Shown: in pieces, positions 1-9,599 of the stretch | How the letters are laid out: the number at the start of each line of letters is the position of its first letter | Position numbering within the stretch: the stretch's first letter is position 1 | Source of the DNA: Limisphaerales bacterium | Lineage (GTDB): Bacteria > Verrucomicrobiota > Verrucomicrobiia > Limisphaerales > UBA9464 | DNA length: 37,110 nucleotides | Reading direction: 5' to 3' | Assembly: GCA_044221235.1 (NCBI GenBank) | Contig: JBGAPN010000002.1 | Location: forward strand, 1 to 37,110 | The notes under the pieces: generated by a model | The model's database searches: none | What the model was told of the DNA's origin: nothing | What the model saw: only the letters and a program-made list of their open reading frames with translations | Program-made: the position numbers and the translations under genes

Positions 1-579
1 GACGCTGTAGGGCGCCGAGACATCGGACAGAATCGCCACCTTGCGCGCCTTGAGCGTCTTGCGCGCGAAATCGGCCAGCAGCTTTCCCTGGAACGGATCG
101 ATGAAGCAGACCCGGAAAACATAGTCGCCCACCTCGGTCACCTTGGGATTGGTGGACGACGGGGACACCATGGGAATGCCCGCTGCCTGGCAGATGGGTG
201 CGGCTTCCAGGGACCGGCCCGAGGCGACTTCACCCAGGACCGCCACGACCTTGTCGCGACTGATGAACTTCTTCGCGATGGTGGCCGACTCACCCGCCTT
301 CGACTGGTTGTCCTCCGTGATCAGCTCGAGCTTCTTTCCCAGCACTCCGCCGGACTTATTGATCTCCTCCACCGCCAGTGCGGTTCCCTTGTGCGAGCTC
401 TGTCCAAACGCCGCCTCACTGCCGGTCAAGGAGGCGAATTCGCCGATCTTGATCGCGTTCCCGGCATCGCCCGGTGTGCCGCCGGCAGAATCCCCCGGCT
501 TGCAGCCTGCCGCCAGCGCGGCTGCCAGGGCGATGGAGATCACGAAGCCACGGCGGGAATGGGCGGATGAGAAATACAT
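1..579 (-). CDS. ABC transporter substrate-binding lipoprotein, Leu/Ile/Val-binding (LivK-like, type I periplasmic binding protein) family. The 3' end runs off the window.
   Basis: Absent from the ORF track because it is open at the window edge. Minus-strand translation from the ATG at 579-577 gives MYFSSAHSRRGFVISIALAAALAAGCKPG, a signal peptide with an LAAGC lipobox. It continues IKIGEFASLTGSEAAFGQSSHKGTALAVEEINKSGGVLGKKLELITEDNQSKAGES...VVAVLGEVASGRSLEAAPICQAAGIPMVSPSSTNPKVT, typical of the N-lobe of branched-chain amino acid binding proteins. Confidence 0.8.
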   Translation of the reverse strand, partial: MYFSSAHSRRGFVISIALAAALAAGCKPGDSAGGTPGDAGNAIKIGEFASLTGSEAAFGQSSHKGTALAVEEINKSGGVLGKKLELITEDNQSKAGESATIAKKFISRDKVVAVLGEVASGRSLEAAPICQAAGIPMVSPSSTNPKVTEVGDYVFRVCFIDPFQGKLLADFARKTLKARKVAILSDVSAPYSV

Positions 580-744
580 ATTCGCTCGGATGGCCGGCAA
601 GAGACTGTCGGCACACCCGCGTCAGGCTAGGCAAGCCTCCACAATGAGGGAAGGCCGTTTCATCGCAGTCCCTGCAGCCATCAACCGGGAGTTCCAGCCT
701 GCGCGGGAGAATCCCGGGAAGGGTCGACTGCTGGTTCCGACGCC

Positions 745-786
745 ACTCCCAATTCCATGTCCCAGGTGGGACATGGAGTTGGCAAG
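745..786 (-). repeat. Palindromic intergenic repeat, copy A (inverted relative to copies B and C)
   Basis: Plus strand reads ACTCCCAATTCCATGTCCCAGGTGGGACATGGAGTTGGCAAG. It has perfect 10-bp arms CCATGTCCCA/TGGGACATGG with a 2-nt spacer (755-776). Imperfect outer arms are CCCAATT and AGTTGGC. It lies between the recD stop and the start of the binding-protein gene. Confidence 0.75.
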
Positions 787-866
787 CACCGCCGAAGTAG
801 GAGTCCCGCGCCAGCAACGAAGAACCGGGGCATCTCCACCACAACGGCGAGCGCCTGGTCTCGACT

Positions 867-2717
867 TCAAGAAGCCGACTTGCGCCACAACCGGTCCCGC
901 AAACCCGAAGCCCGCTCGGTTCGCCTCCCGATCGCTTCGCGAAGCACGGCCTCGGAAAACCATACCTCGGTCCGCTCCCTCGCCCGCGTCAGCCCCGTGT
1001 ACACCAGTTCCCGCGTCAACACCCGGCTCACCCGGTCCGGCAGGATCAACAGCACCGATTCAAATTCGGAGCCCTGGCTCTTGTGGACGGTCAGGGCAAA
1101 CGCCGTCTCATGCGCTGGCAGCCGCGCCGGGGAAACCCGCCGAACGCCACGGTCGGGGGATGGGAACCACACCATCGGTCGACCGCGCTCGTCGGGCCAG
1201 ACCACGCCCAGGTCGCCATTGAAGAGGTTCGCCGAATAGTCGTTGGACGTCACCATGACCTGCCGTCCTCGGAACCCGTCTCCGGCTCCTTCCACCAGTC
1301 CGGCTTCGTCCAGCAGCTCCACCATGAGGGCGTTGAGCGCCGCAACCCCGTAGGGCCCGTCCCGGACGGCGGCCAGCACGCGGAATCCCGTCATGGCCAA
1401 CAATGCCTGTTCCGCGTCTGCCGCCCGCATGAGCGCCCCAAACCCTTCGATGACCGTGCTTCGCAGGGCCTCCCGCAGAAGATGGCGCCCGGGAACCGGC
1501 CGTCCAAGCACCCCGCCGCTCGCGTCGGCCCGGCAGCGCTCCAGTTCGAGCAGCACTCGGTCGGCATCACCCCGATTGACCGCGGCACTGACGCGCTGGA
1601 TGCCGCTTCCTTCCGAGAACCGATGGCTTCGCTGGAGCTGGATCACGACGTCGGACAGCGCATACACGGCGGAACTTCGTGCCGGCAGCACCGGTCCGCC
1701 GGCAGCGCTGTATTCCCTTATAAAATCCGCAGTGAACCGGTTGAGTTCGGGATCCGCCGACAGATCACCCAGGACATTTCCCGCCTCCACCGAGGCCAGC
1801 TGGTCCTTGTCGCCCAGCAGGAGGACCCGGGCATGGGGTGGAACCGCCAGGAGCAGCTTCGCCATCAGGGCCAGATCCACCATGCTTGCCTCGTCCACCA
1901 CAAGGATGTCGACCGGCAGCGGATTCCGTGAGTCGTGCCGGAAATAGGGCGAACCAGGCCGTGCCCCCAGAAGCCGGTGAATGGTCTCAACGTCCGTCGG
2001 CAGTCCCGCAGCGGAGGCGACACGGGCCTCCAATTCGGTCTTCTGTAGTCGCAGGGAATCCTGGAGTCGCGCCGCTGCCTTTCCCGTGGGTGCCGTCACC
2101 GCGATGCGCAGAGCTCGTGCCGGGGACAGTTCCAGGAGCAGCGCAAGAATCCGAACCACCGTGGTCGTCTTGCCGGTGCCGGGACCTCCGGAAATCAGAC
2201 ACAGACGGCGACGCGTGGCGGCGAACGCGGCGACCCGTTGCCAGTCCACTCCACGGCCCACTGTAGGAAACAGCGTGTCCAGCAGCACCCGGAGCCGCGC
2301 CCGATCCGGTTCCCCCTCATCGGAATCGCGCTTGATCCGCTGCTCCAACGCCGCCGAAACCTCCTGTTCATACCACCAGTACCGCCTCAAGTAGAGCCGA
2401 TCCTGGGAGTCGAGGATCAGCGGCGTCACCGCGCCCGGCCCCCCCACCACCGAGGCTGACTGCAATTGATCCCGCCAGACGGAAAGCTCCGGAAGGGTGA
2501 CGGACTCCCCGGGGGCCAGCTCCACTGACGTGCCCGCCGCCCGTCTCAATTCCAGACAAACGTCGCCCTGCGCCCGCTGACGGCTGACCAGCGCCGCCGC
2601 CCCGCGCAACGCCGCATTCGATCCGCCCGACAGTCGTTCCATCAAGCGCGCAAACTCCAGGTCCAGCGCCTCAAATGTCACGCCGGTGGACTCCGATCGC
2701 ATCGCGGAAACACTCAT
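867..2717 (-). CDS. recD: Exodeoxyribonuclease V alpha subunit RecD
   Basis: 616-aa ORF with Walker A ISGGPGTGKTTTV and Walker B ILVVDEASMVD. The C-terminal motif ALTVHKSQGSEF is typical of RecD/SF1B helicases. Its ATG (2717-2715) overlaps the recB stop as ATGA. Confidence 0.9.
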   Translation of the reverse strand: MSVSAMRSESTGVTFEALDLEFARLMERLSGGSNAALRGAAALVSRQRAQGDVCLELRRAAGTSVELAPGESVTLPELSVWRDQLQSASVVGGPGAVTPLILDSQDRLYLRRYWWYEQEVSAALEQRIKRDSDEGEPDRARLRVLLDTLFPTVGRGVDWQRVAAFAATRRRLCLISGGPGTGKTTTVVRILALLLELSPARALRIAVTAPTGKAAARLQDSLRLQKTELEARVASAAGLPTDVETIHRLLGARPGSPYFRHDSRNPLPVDILVVDEASMVDLALMAKLLLAVPPHARVLLLGDKDQLASVEAGNVLGDLSADPELNRFTADFIREYSAAGGPVLPARSSAVYALSDVVIQLQRSHRFSEGSGIQRVSAAVNRGDADRVLLELERCRADASGGVLGRPVPGRHLLREALRSTVIEGFGALMRAADAEQALLAMTGFRVLAAVRDGPYGVAALNALMVELLDEAGLVEGAGDGFRGRQVMVTSNDYSANLFNGDLGVVWPDERGRPMVWFPSPDRGVRRVSPARLPAHETAFALTVHKSQGSEFESVLLILPDRVSRVLTRELVYTGLTRARERTEVWFSEAVLREAIGRRTERASGLRDRLWRKSAS

Positions 2718-5700
2718 GGTCGATCCTCCTCCACCGGGTCGGAAATCAACAGGTGGCGATCCAATGCCTCAATCACGCTCCGGGGCGGCCGGTCGCGGAA
2801 CAGTCCGAAGTCGGGTCTCCCGGCCGTCACTCCGCGGACAAACACATACCGCACCCCGCCCAGGTGCGTGTCGTAGTCGTAGTCCGGAATTCGGGACCGC
2901 AACAGCCGGTGCAGGGCGAGCAGGTAGAGATGGTATTGCAGCGGATAGTGCTGGCGAAGCATCTCGCGCCACACCGCCTCGGCGTGATAGTCCTCTGGCA
3001 AATCCCCCAGCCAGTTCGATTTCCAGTCGATCAGCCACCAGCGGCCCTCGTGAACGAAGACGAGGTCCATGAACCCGCCCAGGAATCCGCCAATCTCCGC
3101 AAATCCAAGCCGTCCCAATGACTCGGACCAATTGCCCAGTTCACCTTCCCGCGGGACTGCCTCAAAGGCCTCGCGCAACCGGGCCGGTGTGAGTCGCTGC
3201 AGGGGCAACAGAAACTCCAGCTCGCGCCAGCAGCGGCTTCCCGACACTGCGTTCAGGGCGGCACCTGGAATCATCTCGACGGCAAGAACACGCTCGACCA
3301 GCGCCGTGAGTTCATCGGCCAGTCCCGGAGCCGCGAACCCGTGCGCCCGAAGTCGGTCTTCCGCCACCAGCCGAATTCGCGCCGCGGCCGCCGCCGAAAA
3401 GTCCAGATTCTCGAAGACCTCATGCAGGCAGGTCCCCGCTCGCGCCCCGCGAAACTCGGAGAGGCCCGACGGCAGCGACGGCGCGGCTACCGGCGGTGGC
3501 GTCGCGGCCGCGTCCCGATCTGCGGCTTCCTCCGTCCGCCCGTGGGCCAGCGTGCTGAAGCTGGCCATGCCCCAGTCCCGTCGGATCCGTCCACGAAACT
3601 CGCGAGCCGCCCTCGGAGCGATTTCGTTTTTGGGCGGGGCCCAACGATTGCCGCGGATTTCCGGAAGCGCCTCCAGTGACAGGTTCTCCCCTTCCAGCAC
3701 TCCACCCACGACTTCAGAGCATCCAGCACGGCTTCGGTCCCGAGCGACGCCGCCTCCGGAGGGGGATGCAACAGCCAAGCCAGTGCCGCGGACTCCGCGT
3801 GATCCAGGGTTCCCCAGGTCAAATAGCAGCGATTCCGGGCGCGCGTCAGGGCCACATACAGGAGCCGCAAATTCTCGGCGAGACGCTCTCCGTGCATGCG
3901 GTCCCGATTCTCCTCCTGACGTTCGGAGCCCACATCGTGCTTCAGGGCCCGTCCATCGTCAGGATCATGAAACAGGACCTCCTCGCCGCTGTTCCGGTGA
4001 CGCTTCGGCTGACGCGTCAGAAAGGGGCAGAAAACCACCGGATATTCGAGACCCTTGCTGCGGTGAAGTGTGACCAATTGAACGGCGGCGGCATCCCGCT
4101 CGAGGCGCAACAGGGATTCCTGTGCCGTTGCTCCGCCTTCCCCCGCGTGCGCCCGCTGGGCGGACAGCCAGTCCAACAGCGCCCGGGGAGTCAATCGTTC
4201 CCGCACGGCCTCCTGTTGGAGGAGTTCCGCCAGGTGCAGGAAGTTGGTCAAGCGTCGCTCGCCGTCGGAACGGCTCAGCAGACGCCGGCGCGTGCCGCAT
4301 TCCCGGAGCACGGTCTCAAAGAGGTACAGGAATCCGTCCCGAACCCAGATTCCCGCCCAGCGGTTCATCGATTCAAGCCAGCGCTCCCATTCCGCCTCTT
4401 CGGTTCGCATTCGGTCCAACGCCTCGGCCGTGAGTCCCACCAGGGCGCTGGCCAACACGGCGCGGCGATTCCGGTCCCGGCCTTCCTCGGTCAGAGCCTC
4501 CAACAGGGACTGCACTTCACGGGCCTCGGTGGTGGCAAAGACGCTCTCCTGGGTTTGCTGCACCGAGGGAACTCCGCGCCGGGACAATGCCGCCGCCATC
4601 CGGGCCGCCTCCGAATGTTGGTCCACCAGCACCGCGATGTCACCCGGCACGAGAGAACGCTCACCCAGCCGACAGGAACCCCCAAGCAGCCGCACAATCT
4701 CGTCGGCCACCCCTTCGGCGATGCGCTCGTGCTGGTCCGCCTTCCGGCCCACGCCCTCCCGTTCAGCATCCCAGAACCAGACGTGCAGCGGGGGCGGCCT
4801 CCGATCTCCCTCGGTGAAGGACGCCTCGTCCGTCTTCCCGCCGGCCGACACCGGGCGAAACCGGATTTCCGGTGTGGCGAATGGACTGGGATGATTCTCG
4901 AAGAGCCCGTTCACGGCCTCCACCAGACGTCGTTCGGACCGCCAGTTGACGTCGAGCGTGAACTCCCGATCAGCCGTCTCCCGCGCCCGGAGATAGGCGA
5001 AAACATCCGCGCCCCGGAAGCTGTAGATCGCCTGCTTCGGATCACCCACCAGGTAAAGATGGCATTCCCCCGTCCCAAAAACCTGTTCAAAGATCCGCCA
5101 CTGAAGTGGGTCGGTGTCTTGAAACTCGTCGATCAACGCCGCCCGATGCCGTTGCCGGAGGAGACGAGCCAGAGGCGGACCGGACGGACCGGCCAGTGCG
5201 CCCGCCACGCCGGCCAGTAGGTCATCAAATCCCATCTGCCGATCCCGCTCCTTGAGCCGCGCCAATTCGGCCGGAGCCTGTTCGAGAAACGCGTGTCGAA
5301 GCCGGGCACCCAGAACCTCCAACGACGACGCCAGGACATCGCAGGCCGCGAAGAATGGATGCTGCGGCACCGCCGTCCCCTTCTTTTTCCGGTTGAGCTT
5401 GCCGTCCAGGACCGATTGCCGGAAGGCCATCAGGGTTTCCATCGCCCCCAGGCTGACCTCCCTTTCATCGAGCAAGGCGGCAACACGGGCCAGCATCGGG
5501 TCCACCCGGTCGCTCCGGTTGTACGGTGTGTTTCCCCATGCCCCTCCGGTGTCTCCGAAACACGCTTCAATGTCCCGCCTGCCGCGATGCCACGCCGCCA
5601 CTACCGCATCGAACGCGGCTTCGGCCTCCGCCATGACCTCACGCCAGTCGCGCTGGCTGTCCCGGCTGATCACCCGTGCCTCCGCCTGGTTGACATGCGC

Positions 5701-6276
5701 CCGCAGCAACCGGTGCAGGGAATCCGCCGTGACCTCGCAGTACCTCGCCAGCAGCACCTGCCGCACGGGCGCGCCATAAAAATGGCGACGCCAGAAATTG
5801 TCCGCCGTTTCCCGCCACAACCGGGTCGGATCGGGCTCCAACTCGACATCGAAAAGGGTCCGGCTTTCGAAGGCCCGCTCCTGCAGCACCCGGCGGCAAA
5901 ATCCGTGCAGCGTAAACACCGCCGCCTCGTCGAACTGTTCCAGGGCCGCCTCCAGCCGGGCCAGACGCTCCTTCCGGGCGTCGTCGGCGCCCGACAGCAG
6001 CAGTTCGGCATCGGGGGAATCGGGCTCCAGCAGCCCGCGCAGCAGATTCCGGCCAGCGGCCAGGCGGTCCCGGATGCGGCCCCGCAGTTCCGCCGTCGCC
6101 GCCTCGGTGAAGGTGACGACCAGGATTTGCCCAATCGTGAGCCGTTCCTCCAACAGCAGACGCAGGAACAGTCCGGCGATGGTGAAGGTCTTGCCCGTCC
6201 CCGCGCTGGCTTCCAGCAGAGTGACGCCGGGCTCCAGCGGAACAGTGGACAAGCCGAAGGCGTGTGAGGCCGTCAT
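2714..6276 (-). pseudogene. recB: Exodeoxyribonuclease V beta subunit RecB, split by an apparent 1-nt frameshift near 3690-3740 (either a genuine pseudogene or a sequence error)
   Basis: The N-terminal ORF (3487-6318, likely ATG at 6276) has UvrD-type motifs LLEASAGTGKTFTI and ALIDEFQDTDPLQW. The C-terminal ORF (2714-3778, a different frame) has the RecB nuclease motifs GARAGTCLHEVFENLDF and GFMDLVFVHEGRWWLIDWKSNWLG...YPLQYHLYLLALHRLL. The span is 3563 nt, which is 3n+2, so one added base restores a single 1187-residue reading frame. The likely ATG overlaps the recC stop as ATGA (6276-6273). Confidence 0.88.
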
Positions 6277-9200
6277 TTTCCCCCCTCCTTTCGCGCCCAT
6301 TGCCACACCGGACTGCAAAGGCGGGCGGCCAGTTCTTCAAATTCGGTGTCGAGCGGATGCGGTTCGACGGCCCCGAAGCAGAACGCAATCGCCGGATCCG
6401 AACGCTCGCCCGTCGACTGAAAATCGCTCTCCCATTTGGCCAACGCCCGTTCCTGCGGCGAGGTCTTTCCTCCCGGTGCGGCGAAGGCCCAGGACGTCTT
6501 CGGAAAAAACGGCAGCGGGCGCCGAAGTCCCTGCGCCCACGTGTCCAGCAACTCCCGCAGAATCCGTTCCGGGGCATCGGGTGCGGGCAGCGTCCAGCAT
6601 TCATCCGAGGTGACCAACCGTGCCTCCGGGATCGGACCCCGGACGACCGCCGCGGAAACGAGTTGCAGCACCCACAGACGAAGAAGTTCGGTGACCTTGA
6701 ACCGACCGGGACGGATCAACCGCAGTCCGGCGGCCGTCCGCTCGCCGATCGCGCCATCCAGGACGTACTCGTCGATTGCGATCCGAACAGGCAAGGGCGA
6801 CAAAACTTCACGTTCCTCGGGCAACAGCAGGCCCAATAGTTGGTTCACCTCCGTTTGGAGTTCGTCCCGTTCAAGGCGTCCCGCGGGTCCGAGAGGAAGA
6901 ACGCCCTCCAGGCTGAGCCGCTGTAACAGGGGTGCGACGGGGCGGTTTCTTCGCTCACGGTCGAGCCACTCCTGCTTGATCCGGAATCCCGACAGACGAT
7001 CCACATCGAAGGGCTCCCGGTCCTCGGAGACCGATTCCGCCTCGGGCAGTCGCAACTGGAGCCTCCGGTCCAGGAAGGCACGGCAGGGATTGGCCAGGAA
7101 CCGGGCAAGGTCGTCCGGCGAGACGGTTCTCCAGTTGCCTTCCGGTTCGGGCAGCGGTTCTGGACAAAACCGCGCTCCCGGGTCCGATCCGGGCCGCCGC
7201 ATCGCCTGAGCCGCCACCGAGTTCTCCCGGGAGTAACTGAAGAGACGTTCGTCGCCACCCCGGTCGAAATAGGCCGGGCTGAAGGCATGGAGCGGATGCC
7301 GGACCAGGATCTGTTCCTGGACCGTTCGCACCCCCCCTTCGATTCCACCCGCCAGATGGTCGATCAACTCGCTCAGCACCACCGAGGGCGGCAGGTCCGC
7401 ATTGTCCCGCACCGAACGACCCAGAAAGCTGAGATGCAGCCGGTCGCGGGCCGACAGCAGCGTCTCGAGAAAGAGGTACCGGTCGTCGGCATCCCGTGAC
7501 TCGTCCCCGAGGCGCGGATGGGCCGCAATCAGATCGAAACTCAGCGGCGTCGGACGACGGGGGAATGCGCCATCATTGAGCCCGAGAACCGCAATGATCC
7601 GGGAGGGGACGCTCCGCATTGGCTTCAGGGCCGCGAATGTCATCCCTCCACGCAGGAAGCCACCGGCACGACGCTCCTCCGTCAGCCAGGGGCCCAACTG
7701 CTCGATCACCGCGTCCAAGGGCACCGGAGCCTCCAGGGCAGCATCGCGTCCGGCATTCCGGAGCCGGTGGAGACAATCCCGGATGAGAGCAAAGTCCCCT
7801 TCACTGTCGGGATCCACATCGAAGAATTCGGACAACACGGAATCGAGTTCCGACGCCCATCCCGCCAGGGAACGGGGCGTCGACAACCGGGACGGCAGGT
7901 GCTCCAGGCAGCCAATGAACCGCGCCAACCGGCCCGCGAGGACCGCTCCATCGGCTTCAACGGCGTCAAAGGGACACAGCGTTCCCACCACCACGTCGTC
8001 TCCCGGCGCCATCGCGTGCCCCAGCAAAAGCCGGTCCACGGCCTGCCGCCACGTCCCCTGCCCGAAGGCGGGAATTCCCGTGGCACTGCGCTGGCCGGCG
8101 TTTAGTCCCCAGCTGACCTGAAGCTCATCGAGCCAATCCTTTAGCTGGGGAAGATCCGCCGCGCCAAACCCGAACCGGCGTTGCAAGGCCGGGCGTTCGA
8201 GCAGGGGCAGAATCTCACTGCGCCCAAACCGCCCGCCAGGAAGCCGGAGGATCGCGAGGAAGGCCTCCGTCAACGCGCTCTCCGCCCTCGGCGTCCGGTC
8301 GGCAACCGTGAAGGGCAGTCGGAGTTCCTCGGATTCCGGTGTTCCGAACACCGCCTGGATCAACGGCGCATAGGCTTCAATGTCCGGCGTCAGCACCAGC
8401 ACATCCCGGGGCGCCAGCGTGGGATCCGCATCGAACGCCGCCAACAGCTGGTCCTGCAGCACCTCCAGCTCGCGGCGCGCGCTGTGGCAGGAATGAATCC
8501 GCAGGGAGGCGTCCTCCACCGACACCGTCCAGCGGGGCAGTCCGGACTTCGGATCCGAACGGTCCACCAGATTCAACAGGTCGGACTGGATGGCATGAAG
8601 CAGGGTCGCATCGCCCGGATCGACGAAGGAATCGTCTTCGCCGACTTCGTCCGCCCCGGCGCCCAATTCCGCCATCTGGTTCTGAAAACTTCGGCCGAGC
8701 CGTCCAAGGGACGCCAGGAGTCGGTGTCCGCGTTCCAGATGAAGCTCCACCGCCTCGTCCGCGCGGCGTCCGGCCCGTCGGAGCAATCGCTGCTCCTCGC
8801 GGCTCGAGACCGTATCCGCCCAGAATTCGCGGCAGGGCTGGAGCTGGTACAGCGTCACCTCGGCGCATTCGCCCAGCGCCGCCAGCAGCTCCAGATACAA
8901 CGGCGGCAAGGCCGAAATCCCGAACACCGACACGCGCTCCGGAAGACCTTCCACCGTCCCCGCACGCAATCGCTCCATCGCCACAGCCACCCGGCGGGAT
9001 TCCGGCCAGTCCTCCGGCCCAGCCCCCGCCGTCCGCCACAGCACCGCCTGCCACGACGTATCTTCACCGCGGGTCCACAGTTCCACCATCTCGGGTCGGT
9101 AGACCAGATAATGGTCCAACAGGCCCGCCAGGCGGGACGACAGTTGGAACCGTCGCCGCGGATCGGCGCCGATGTAATGTTGGACTTCCGAGAGTCCCGG

Positions 9201-9512
9201 CGTGGATTCCAGCGCCGACCACAGCCGCCAGGTCAACGGCTCCTGGTCCCACCTCCGGTCCTCGGCGCCTTCCGGCACCAGGCGGTTGCACACGTCCCGC
9301 AGGAAGGCCTGGGGAAACGGGAACTCAACCACCCCGCACACGCCGTTGCGGCGTGCCAGCTCGAGCTGGATCCAGCGCGCCATGCCCAGGCTTTGCACCA
9401 CCACCTGCTCCGAAGCCATCGGGTCCGCGAGCGGACGGCGGACGGCGCGAGCCAGCCTGGAGGACAGCTCCTCCAGACGATTGCTCGTCACCCATCGAAT
9501 CCCGCGAACCAT
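6273..9512 (-). CDS. recC: Exodeoxyribonuclease V gamma subunit RecC
   Basis: About 1080-aa ORF. Its N-terminus, MVRGIRWVTSNRLEELSSRLA...PLADPMASEQVVVQSLGMARWIQLELARRNGVCGVVEFPFPQAF, matches the conserved RecC N-terminus (YHSNRLD...PLADPF...VQSPGMAQWLQMELA). I prefer the ATG at 9512; the track ORF starts at a GTG at 9518. Confidence 0.9.
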   Translation of the reverse strand: MVRGIRWVTSNRLEELSSRLARAVRRPLADPMASEQVVVQSLGMARWIQLELARRNGVCGVVEFPFPQAFLRDVCNRLVPEGAEDRRWDQEPLTWRLWSALESTPGLSEVQHYIGADPRRRFQLSSRLAGLLDHYLVYRPEMVELWTRGEDTSWQAVLWRTAGAGPEDWPESRRVAVAMERLRAGTVEGLPERVSVFGISALPPLYLELLAALGECAEVTLYQLQPCREFWADTVSSREEQRLLRRAGRRADEAVELHLERGHRLLASLGRLGRSFQNQMAELGAGADEVGEDDSFVDPGDATLLHAIQSDLLNLVDRSDPKSGLPRWTVSVEDASLRIHSCHSARRELEVLQDQLLAAFDADPTLAPRDVLVLTPDIEAYAPLIQAVFGTPESEELRLPFTVADRTPRAESALTEAFLAILRLPGGRFGRSEILPLLERPALQRRFGFGAADLPQLKDWLDELQVSWGLNAGQRSATGIPAFGQGTWRQAVDRLLLGHAMAPGDDVVVGTLCPFDAVEADGAVLAGRLARFIGCLEHLPSRLSTPRSLAGWASELDSVLSEFFDVDPDSEGDFALIRDCLHRLRNAGRDAALEAPVPLDAVIEQLGPWLTEERRAGGFLRGGMTFAALKPMRSVPSRIIAVLGLNDGAFPRRPTPLSFDLIAAHPRLGDESRDADDRYLFLETLLSARDRLHLSFLGRSVRDNADLPPSVVLSELIDHLAGGIEGGVRTVQEQILVRHPLHAFSPAYFDRGGDERLFSYSRENSVAAQAMRRPGSDPGARFCPEPLPEPEGNWRTVSPDDLARFLANPCRAFLDRRLQLRLPEAESVSEDREPFDVDRLSGFRIKQEWLDRERRNRPVAPLLQRLSLEGVLPLGPAGRLERDELQTEVNQLLGLLLPEEREVLSPLPVRIAIDEYVLDGAIGERTAAGLRLIRPGRFKVTELLRLWVLQLVSAAVVRGPIPEARLVTSDECWTLPAPDAPERILRELLDTWAQGLRRPLPFFPKTSWAFAAPGGKTSPQERALAKWESDFQSTGERSDPAIAFCFGAVEPHPLDTEFEELAARLCSPVWQWARKEGGK

Positions 9513-9599
9513 GCGCACGAGGCAACCGGTAACACCCGGGGTCGGTCAATGGCAGACCCTCCCTCGCCGCAGGACCTCTCTGAGTTTTCGGACAGGCTC

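Noticed and set aside
143-1222. 359-aa plus-strand ORF (and the overlapping ORFs 416-844, 622-963, 757-1239) spanning the binding-protein gene, the spacer and the recD 3' end
   Set aside because: Its composition is Ala/Pro/Arg/Ser-rich and low in complexity. It starts at TTG and lies antisense or out of frame to two genes with clear homology. This is the typical high-GC spurious ORF.
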